Assembly (NCBI GenBank): GCA_051294375.1
Contig: CM119265.1
Span: 16,114,896 to 16,178,895, forward strand
DNA from: Paraspadella gotoi
Lineage: Eukaryota > Animalia > Chaetognatha
Length of the DNA: 64,000 bases
Direction: 5' to 3'
The notes below the pieces were generated by a model. It was not told the origin of the DNA, searched no databases, and worked only from the letters and a program-made list of their open reading frames with translations. The position numbers and the translations under genes were made by a program. Position 1 is the stretch's first letter; each line of letters opens with the position of its first letter. This document shows, in pieces, positions 54,651 through 64,000 of this stretch.

Positions 54651-54706
<56 letters not shown>

Positions 54707-54809
54707 AGAGAAAAGAGCGAGAGAGAGAGAGAAGAGATGAGAGAGAGAGAGAGAGAGAGAGAGATGAGAAGAGAGAGAGGAGGAAAGAAAGAAAGAAAGA
54801 AAGAAGACA

Positions 54810-54841
<32 letters not shown>

Positions 54842-55658
54842 AAAGAAAAAAAGAAGAAGAGGGCGGGCCGGCAAGAAGAACATCTTTCTTGGCTCTATTC
54901 TTTGTGGGTCGAGGTCATTTTCAAAACAAAGGCGACATCTGTCGGCTTCGTCGGGATCGAATGCAGTCGGCGCTCACTTAGCGGTTCTTCTTCGTCGCGC
55001 GTCGACGACATGATAAACATGTTTCCTTTAGGCGCCAGATGGCGCATCCCAATCGTCCAAGTTTCTTTTCTTTACTCCAGCGATTTTCAATTTATATTTT
55101 ACATATGTTTACAATTTAAAACACATGCACTTCAACAAAAAAATGGAAATTAAAATAATATATGAAATAGAAGAAAAATTCAGTGAGGAAAAGGCTAAAT
55201 AAATATTTAAAATAAAGAAAAGGAAAAAAAATTTTAAAAATGAAAACAAAAGACGACAAGAAATGATCATCCAGAGGGAAAAAGTATTAAATATCTTCAT
55301 CGTTCTGAATTGTTCTCTTCCTCGTTGCTCAAAACGGCAAAGAGACTCAATGGAAGACAATTCTCTTTAGTGCTGGTCGGTCGGTTAATCAGTCAGTCTT
55401 TCAAAACTCTTTAATGCATACTGCTTTTCTTGTAGATCGGGAGAACATTGGGAAAAATGGTTAAAAATGGAGGGAAAGGAAGGGTGTCTGCGGCAAAGCC
55501 GAAGGCTTCAACTTGAAGGCTTCCCTTCTTTCGTCCTCTGTCGCAGGGGCGGCTAAAGACTCGGTGGAACTCTAACCACAAAATTCCGAATATCGGAATT
55601 TCTCGGCGAAGAAGGGAGGGTGGGAGGGGAGTGGGGGAAAAAGGAGGGAGAGAGGAGA

Positions 55659-55710
<52 letters not shown>

Positions 55711-56543
55711 AGAGAGAAGAGAGAGAAAGAGAGAGAGAGAGAAGAAGAGAGAGAGAGAGAGAGAGAGACTCCCACCCTCTCCTTCTTCGCTCGAGAATTC
55801 GATATCGGATTATTGTGGTTGAGATTCCACCGAGTCTTTAGTCCGCGCCTGCGACAGAGGACGAAAGAAGGGGAAGCCTTCAAGTTGAAGCCTTCGGCTT
55901 TGCCGCAGACACCCTTTCCTTTCCCTCCATTTTTTAACCATTTTTCCCAATGTTCTCCCGATCTACAAGAAAAGCAGAATGCATTAAAGAGTTTTGAAAG
56001 ACTGACTGATTAACCGACCGACCAGCACTAAAGAGAATTGTCTTCCATTGAGTCTTTGCCGTCTTGAGCAACGAGGGAAGAGAACAATTCAGAAAACGAT
56101 GAAGATATTTAATACTTTTTCCCTCTGGATGATCATTTCTTGGTCGTCTTTTGTTTTCATTTTTTAAAATTTTTTTTTCCTTTTCTTTTATTTTTTAAAT
56201 ATTTATTTAGCCTTTTCCTCACTGAATTTTTCTTCTATTTCATATATTATTTTTAATTTCCATTTTTTGTTGAAGTGCATGTGTTTTAAATTGTAAACAT
56301 ATGTAAAATATAAAATTGAAAAATCGCTGGAGTAAAGAAAGAAACTTGGACGATTGGATGCGCCATCTGCGCCTCAAAGGAAACATGTTTATCGATCGTC
56401 GTCGACGCCGACGAAGAAGAAACCGGCTAAGTGACGCCGACTGCATTCGATCCCGACGAAGCCGACAGATGTCGCCTTTGTTTGAAAATGACCTCTGACC
56501 CCAAAGAATAGAGCCAAGAAAGATGTTCTCTTCCGGCCCGCCC

Positions 56544-56587
<44 letters not shown>

Positions 56588-56597
56588 TCCTCCTCTC

Positions 56598-56653
<56 letters not shown>

Positions 56654-56662
56654 CTCTTCTCT

Positions 56663-56710
<48 letters not shown>

Positions 56711-56714
56711 TCTG

Positions 56715-56746
<32 letters not shown>

Positions 56747-57762
56747 CCCTCTCTCTCTCTCATATCGTGGCCCTCTGCGCCGTCGCAATCGAATTTGCGA
56801 TAATTGAGGGGGAGTTGATTTTCTCGCCTGAGACGAGTGTCGATGGCGGCCATTTTGGATCCTCATTTATCACTCGAGAGGAAGAATCTGTTGCCGCCAT
56901 CTTCGACGCTAATTTATCACCGAAATGATTGGGCTCGATATGAGGACCCGCGGACCCGAGACAGTATGATTGGAAATTAAATCGCTCGAGAAAGAATTCG
57001 TCGTAGCAGACATTGACTTTGATGAGTTTCTGAAAAAGTTATACGTATTCCATCGAGAAAAATGATTTTTTTAAATTTCCTCAAACCAGTCAGCTCTGGC
57101 TCTCGCTTTGTTACTTACCTTGCTCGACCTTTCTTCAACTCCCTCTCTCACTTCCTAAGTCACTACTTCCTCTCACTACCTCCCCCGCGACACCCACTTT
57201 TCTCCCTTTCCTCTCACTTTCCGCTCACCTACCCTCAACCCTCCACCATCTCCAGATCCCCAAAGACGCGGAGCGATGGCCGCGTCAGAAGTGCATCCGG
57301 GCGTCGACGCGGGAGTGGGACCCCGAGCGCTTCGTCGGCTCCATCGTCGGAGGAATCTTCTTCTTCTTCCTCCTCATTTTCGCCTGTCGGTCCATCGCCA
57401 GACACTCCAGAAGGTAAGGACTGGTGAGGTTGCTAACTATTTCAGAGAGATTGACGATGTTTCGGCGCTCGTTTAGTTAGAAGGTGAAACTGAGTTTTAA
57501 TTTAAAAGAAAGAGTCATCTGGGACACTTTTAAAAATCTAGAATGTTTTCTCTATTTTTTGCTGTCAGCAATTATGACCTCGTTGTTACTATGAATCGTT
57601 CAAGAGTCATTTTTCTGCTCTGAATTTAATATTCGGCGATGAATTTTCTCCGTGATTCGTTCGAGCAGACGTCGATCGATCATCATCGTTGTCGTTTTCA
57701 CTAACGTCAATTCGTCTTCGCTCCGGCCCCGCCCTCACACACACACACATCAAGGTGTGAGG
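53461..57762. repeat. ~2.1-kb inverted duplication (about 53461-55625 vs 55769-57762) centred on a (GA)n tract
   Basis: For example gaaggcttcaacttgaaggcttccc (55501) vs gggaagccttcaagttgaagccttc (55871). Reverse-complement similarity runs colinearly out to ctccggccc/gggccggag. It includes an antisense copy of the TM exon at about 53865-54058. Confidence 0.9.
57256..57413 (+). CDS. FN3 end plus transmembrane exon (IPKDAERWPRQKCIRASTREWDPERFVGSIVGGIFFFFLLIFACRSIARHSR)
   Basis: Acceptor ccatctccag| with a phase-0 start matching the previous exon, and donor AG|GTAAGG. A C-x-x-x-x-T FN3 terminal strand is followed by an ~18-19 residue hydrophobic helix and basic residues. Confidence 0.8.
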
Positions 57763-57872
57763 AGCCTCGAAGGTTTTCTAATGGATAAAGCTCGCGGTCG
57801 TCGTATAGAATCATTAGCTCATTAATTGACTCCGAAGAAGGGAGAGCAAAAACGAAATGGGTTGTTTTTTAG

Positions 57873-58029
57873 ACAGGCAAGTGACAAAGTCAGACTAATG
57901 GTTTCGGCGACTGCGGCTGTCGCTGTGTCGGCGACGTTGGCGGCGACGGCGACGGCTACGGCTGCGGCTGCGGCTACAGAGGGTTTGTTTACTTCCGACC
58001 AAACGCCACAAAAGTCGCCGATCCGATGA
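57873..58029 (+). CDS. Probable cytoplasmic-tail exon (QASDKVRLMVSATAAVAVSATLAATATATAAAAATEGLFTSDQTPQKSPIR*)
   Basis: Acceptor gttgttttttag| gives a phase-2 start matching the TM exon end. The frame is open to TGA at 58027-58029; an internal donor near 57981 is also possible. Confidence 0.4.
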
Positions 58030-58106
58030 GAAGAATCCCTTGAAAAAAAAAAAAGGCGAAGAAAGGAAAGAAAAAAAAGTGAGAGGGATTGGAGAGAGGA
58101 GAGAGA

Positions 58107-58144
<38 letters not shown>

Positions 58145-59332
58145 AGAGAGAGAGAGAGAGAGACGAGAGAGAGAGAGAGAGAGTAGGAAAACTAAAAGCT
58201 CCTTCTTTTTACTTCCTTCATCAAACTCACGCCCCAACCATTTCCCTCCCCCACCCCCCTTTATTACCCCTACCCACTTCTGCCTCACAATGTAGTCTTC
58301 GGATCTCTTCCAAATCCCCCGGCGGCGGGATTTCGCTCGGATTGTTCCCTCGAGACTCTGAGTTTGGTTTCGCTCTTGTATTTTGTGTGACTCGCTTGGT
58401 GTAGTCGCTGCTGTTGTGGTTGTGTACTTCGTGGCCACTTTTATTACTACATACGGAAAATTTAGCGCCATTCATCTATTCAATTGCCAATTATTTTTAT
58501 AATAAACTAATTCATTTTTCTTAAATTGTATTTATTTATTTATTGAAATTCAACAGATTTTCTCACCATTTAAAGAAGTGGCCATTGGCCAAGCTCTCAT
58601 CTCTATACTATTTAGACTATTGTCCTCGTCATCGTCGTCGTCATCGTCGTCGTCATCCTCGCCGTAGTCTTTAATCATAGAGATATCCGTGGAAGCCATA
58701 AACCAACGGCGCAAATACCCATTCCATCACCATCCCCACCAGTTTATATTTTCTGAGTATCCTTTTTATCGTTCTTTCACGTCGACTTTGGCTTCGTCTT
58801 CTTGATTCGAGTTATTTTTACGTTTTTTTCGTGGTTGTCGTTTTTTATTCGACTCGTCGTCGTCGTCGTCGTCGTCGTCGTCTTTTACTTTTTTATGTTT
58901 GACGCTTAGATCTTTTTAAGCATCGATGTTTATCGGTTATTTTTTATTGTTCATGTTTAGTTGTATCATTGCATCATAGCATCAAATTTATTCTTCTATT
59001 TTTTGGGGTTTTTTTTCACCGTGTTTACTGTTCAGTGAACAGTGAACACTGCTCACCCACGTGTCCTTGTTTGTTCGTCAATTCTTTTTGAAGTCAGCCG
59101 TCTTTCCTACTTATTCTCTACATTCACTCTTCTTCCAACTGTTAACCGTGTTCAGTGTTCAGTGTTCATGATATTGACATTATTCCCGTTCGCCTTTACT
59201 AACAAGATTGTCAATTACTTTGTCGTCATCGTCGTTATCTTCGTCATCAACATCGTCGTTAATTAAATCTCAAGAAGCGCGAAAGTAATGTTGAAGCTTG
59301 CCGATATTGTCATTAACTCTCTCTCTCTTCTC

Positions 59333-59411
<79 letters not shown>

Positions 59412-59662
59412 CTTTTTTCTTTTCTCTTTTCTCTTCTCCACCGATCCTATAACTAAATTTGTCTAACCAATATATATTTTTTTTAAAACAAGCTATAGGT
59501 AGTTTTTAAAAGACATTTTGACTTTCAATCTCGCTAATCACGACTCATGTTGACGACGTTTTTTCGTCTCCCGGATATCGATTTTCTATTTTTTTTTCTA
59601 AAAAAAAAAAATCTTCATCGGATTTAAGAAAAAAAGATACGATCGTCAGGTTCGTCTCTGAA

Positions 59663-59798
59663 GTCGTCTTCATCGTCTTCATCGTCGTCGTCTTCATCGT
59701 CTTCATCGTCGTCTTCATCGTCGTCTTCATCGTCGTCTTCATCGTCGTCTTCATCGTCGTCTTCATCGTCGTCTTCATCGTCGTCGTCTTCGTCGTCG
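59663..59798. repeat. (TCGTCGTCTTCA)n compound microsatellite
   Basis: Direct reading; it produces the DDEDD and MKTT pseudo-ORFs. Confidence 0.9.
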
Positions 59799-60111
59799 AC
59801 GGCTGCCAGAATCATTCGCCCTTTTTTCCCTTCATTTTATTTCCACTTTTATTCTCTTCAATGTCTGAGTGAAGTTGTTTTGTTTTCGCTTTGTTTACTT
59901 TTTTCGCGGTTTTTTTTTAACATTATGGTTCTCCTGTTTGAGCACTGACACTTTGCGTTATGAGAGAAGAGAGAGACAGAGACAGAGAGGGGAGGACTGG
60001 TCTGGCGCGATTCTCTTGACCTTTGTTAGTCGGTGGTAAAAGAAACTAACAAGAGGAAAACAAAACAGAAATCTTCAGCCGCCCTTCCGAGAGAGAGAGA
60101 GAGAACAAGAG

Positions 60112-60149
<38 letters not shown>

Positions 60150-60278
60150 GAGAGAGAAGAGACGGAGAGAGAGAGAGATACAGAGAGATAATAAATTCTT
60201 CTGATTAGCCGCAATCAAAAGACTATGGAATTGATTACCTGTTATTATTAAGATCAATACAGTAAATCATATTTTACA

Positions 60279-60345
<67 letters not shown>

Positions 60346-61049
60346 CTCCCTCTCTCTCTTCTCTCTCACTTCTATCTCTCTCTTCTTGTCTCTCTCGAGT
60401 CTCTCCCTTTCTCTCTCGCGAAAACAAAACAAAGAGGCGAGGTATTTCTCTCCGAACTCTGTCCCCTAATTTTCGACGCGTTTGATGTCTCGAGCTTTGA
60501 CGCCACCGGAAGTCAAAAGTCCGCGCGTCTCGCGTTTCTTTTTTTTTTTTTTTTTTACACGGGATCTTTTCAGCGGAGACCGAGACAACAAGAAATTTGG
60601 GCACACAGGTTCTAGGCATTTGGACACACGGGGCAATGGCACTTGGCAATAGGGCGCATGTGATTTTTATAATTACTATCGGAATAAAGTTTTTTTGGAA
60701 TTTTCAAACTCTAAAACGTTAAATCGTATTTAAATAAAATTACGATGAAGAAACTTTTAAAAAAAATAATTACACTTTGTTTGACAAATCCAAATCTGCC
60801 CAAAGAAATTTAGAATTGATATTAAAATTTGACTATTTTATGGCTAGTACTTAGTAACGACATTACTGAAACAGCAGAATATTTTAAATTGACTTAAATC
60901 ATGCTGCCATACTGGACAGGAGGGTGAGGTGAGAAGCATTGAGTGATTTGAACATATTTTTTGGCTGCCTATGGACATATAATTAATGAATTTTAAATCC
61001 TTTTAAAAATTTTTTTTAGCATAACAGTTTAGCCAAATCAATTTATTTA

Positions 61050-61413
61050 TGTAGTAATATCCTTATAAAATCGTCAATTTCAAAATAATTTTTTTTTATT
61101 TTTAAGAACTGATTTGGATTCGCTGTAAAAAACTAAGAAACTTTTATAAAATATTGTTATATGATATTTTAATGTTTAGATCACAAAAAATAACTAAAAC
61201 GTTTTTAACATATATAAGTTTCTATTACAGAGAATAAAAAAAGTCAGGAATTTTCTTTTTTTTTTCTTATTTTAAACATTGAAGATGACAGAATTTTTGA
61301 TAACATGTTTTATATTTTTGATTCAACTTTTTATGAAGAATCTGAATCTTTATTTAAAAGTTTTATAAAAAATTATTTTTAAAAATTTACTATTTTATAA
61401 GGATATTACTACA
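61050..61413. mobile_element. Aged AT-rich foldback/MITE-like element
   Basis: tgtagtaatatccttataaaat (61050) is inverted to attttataaggatattactaca (ending 61413). Degenerate inverted similarity continues inward for about 50-90 bp. Confidence 0.55.
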
Positions 61414-63440
61414 AATATATTATATTTTACTATCTGTTCCCGAGATAATATGAACAAATATTTTTGTACTAAGTAATCATACTATCTCACATCTAAATAT
61501 CATTGTTCGATCATTTAAATAAATTTTTTGTTCTTGAGTGCACCACTCTACTGGACAGTTTGGGCATTCTTAGGCGATCTCTCCCTCTATTATCCTCTTC
61601 GCCAACGTCTTCTGTCTTTGACAGCTTGAAACTTGAAATATTTTCTTTTCGGGCCTCGTCTAATGTCACGGCGCCCTTAGCAAGTCATCCCCGCCATCTT
61701 CCCCGCCTCCCCGCCTCCCCGCCTCCTTTCACCGGCTAAAACGAGGCTCACTGGAGATTAAAACATTTCCTTTTTCCGTTTGGACTTTTCTTCTTTTCCC
61801 TCATTTTCCAATTCGGTTTCCCGCTTTTTTTCCAACCATTTTTTCCGCCTTTTTAAAATTTTTTCGTCTTCTTTCCTTTTTCTTTCTATTTTTCATCTTT
61901 TTTTTTACTTACATCCTTCTCTTCTCTCTCTACCTCTCCTGCAACAGTTCTTTCCTTTGTTCTCTCCTCGCTGTCCGGTCCCCGTCGCATCACAACGGGA
62001 TCTCCGTCCCCGTCTCATCCCAACGGGGTCTTCGTCTGTTATTTTTTTCCCCTCTCTCCTTTTCTTCCTCGACTCGGGAATTCGTCGTTTGGTTCTCGAC
62101 CCATTTTTCATTCCTCTGAATCGTTTTGTATTGTCCTACTCTCTTCTCTCTCTCTCTCTCTATCTTCTTCTTCTCTTCTCTCTCTCTCTCTCTCTCTTCT
62201 CTCTCTGCTCTCTTCTCTCTCTCTCTTCTCGTCTCTCTTCTCTCTCTCTCTCTCTTTCCCTCTCTCAACCTCTCCTCTCTCCCTCTCGGGGAAAAAAATG
62301 AATAGAAAATTCATACAGAAAAGGAGAGATAATGGAAGAGAGATTTCCCTCGTAGATATTTTCCATCGGTTTTCCTTTTTTATCAGTTTAACCCTTTCAA
62401 TTATGACGCTGGAAGGTGAAGCCTTTGAAAACCGAAGTCCACCTTTAACCCCGAAATCCAATCCACACTTTTGATTCACCAACCGAAACTTTTTTTAGTC
62501 GGCCCCATTTAAAAAATTCATTAAATCAACCAAATGATTTTTTAAACTTCGTTGGCTAAATTACAGCCGGGAAATTGTGAGAACCGATATTAAAGCCAAA
62601 TGTTTTCATCGATCGGGAGCGAGATGACCCGAAATATCTACTGTGTCGCGCAACAGGAAAACCTAAGTTCGATGTGGGGCATTTTGACAAATGTCACAAA
62701 AACAGTTCGTAGGAGAATTAAACTTTTGCAAAGACGTTAATGTACGTAATGTTGTGTAAATTTTGTGGCAACTATTAATTAATTTGAAAGTAATTTTTTA
62801 TGCATTTATTTATCCTTCGAGGCGATGGCTACAACAACAACTACGACTGACTTCTCGAGCAAATCTCGATGAGGAATCACGCGAGCATCTGGCGCCGATC
62901 GCTCCTTCCGGTGCCGATTTTTTTTTGTCGTTGTTGTTGTCGTCGTTCCAGGTCATTCGCGTCGTTGTTGTCGTTCCGTTCCTCGTTGTTGTTCTTGTTG
63001 TCGTTATTATTGGCGCGGTTCGTTTTTCCTTTGAGCTGGGGTCATCAGGTCGCCTTTTTTTTGATTGTCACAGAAAAGAAGAGAGAGAGAAGGAGAGAGA
63101 GGAGATGAGTAGAGAGAGAGAGAGAGAGGAAAGAAGAGAGAGAGAGACGAAAAAATGAGGATGAGAGAGAGGAAGTCCTTGTCTTCTCTCTCAAATTGCT
63201 TAACAACAAAACCAGGTAGATGAAGAAAAGGAAAAAAAAGCGATGCAATACATTTGCTTTTTCCATGAAATGCAATCATTAATTTGCTCAAACAATCGAA
63301 GTCTGCGACTTTGGTCCAGCGTTGTGTTTGAGGGCGTCGACCGCCGCGACAACCAAGTCAATTCCAATTAGTTGACCAGAGTTGGAGCCGGTGAATCGAG
63401 AAGAGAATAGTGTGTGTGGGGTGTACGTGTGACAGAGAGA

Positions 63441-63523
<83 letters not shown>

Positions 63524-63529
63524 AGGAGA

Positions 63530-63591
<62 letters not shown>

Positions 63592-63734
63592 GAGGATAGA
63601 GAGAGAGAGAGAGAAGAGAGACAGAGAGAGAGACGAGAGAGAGACAGAAGAGAGACAGAGAGATGAGAGAGCACAAGAGAGAGAGAGAGATGAAGAGAGA
63701 GCAGAGAGAGAGAGACAGAAGACAGAAGAGAGAC

Positions 63735-63768
<34 letters not shown>

Positions 63769-64000
63769 TATTCGAGGGTCAGCAAATCGCACAACATATA
63801 CGAAAGATCAACGACCGCGAATCGAGTTGAGTTTTTCGCGACGTCAGGTCGACGGTCAGACGTGGGCGAGATTTCTCCCTCTTTCGCTCCTATATACATT
63901 TATTATACGTACATTTATTGTAACCACCGAATCTGAACAACTCCCTCCCTGTTTTAGACTCTCTAATTTTCTTTTCTCTCATCGAAACCTCTCTCTCTCT

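Noticed and set aside
59545-59815. Acidic DDEDD or MKTT repeat ORFs
   Set aside because: They derive from a compound trinucleotide microsatellite.

Overview
This is eukaryotic, most likely invertebrate animal, genomic DNA: GT-AG introns, a Pol III tRNA, and very dense (GA/CT)n and (CGA/TCG)n microsatellites. It is not prokaryotic, and no CRISPR array or operon is present. Most ORFs in the supplied track are microsatellite artefacts. The best-supported gene is a spliced + strand single-pass membrane protein at about 31.9-58.0 kb. It has a signal-peptide exon, garbled LRR-like exons, four phase-compatible exons forming an FN3 domain plus transmembrane helix, and a probable cytoplasmic exon. An intact tRNA-Ser(AGA) lies in one of its introns. 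The window also holds a complete DINE-1/HINE-type non-autonomous Helentron-like element (18.5-19.3 kb), several foldback repeats including a perfect 76-bp-arm palindrome, minisatellites, and a few orphan exon candidates. From about 23.5 to 58 kb there are 25-N gaps and indel-rich direct and inverted duplications that look like long-read gap-filling artefacts, so structure there should be treated cautiously. I did not find a convincingly novel biological system.
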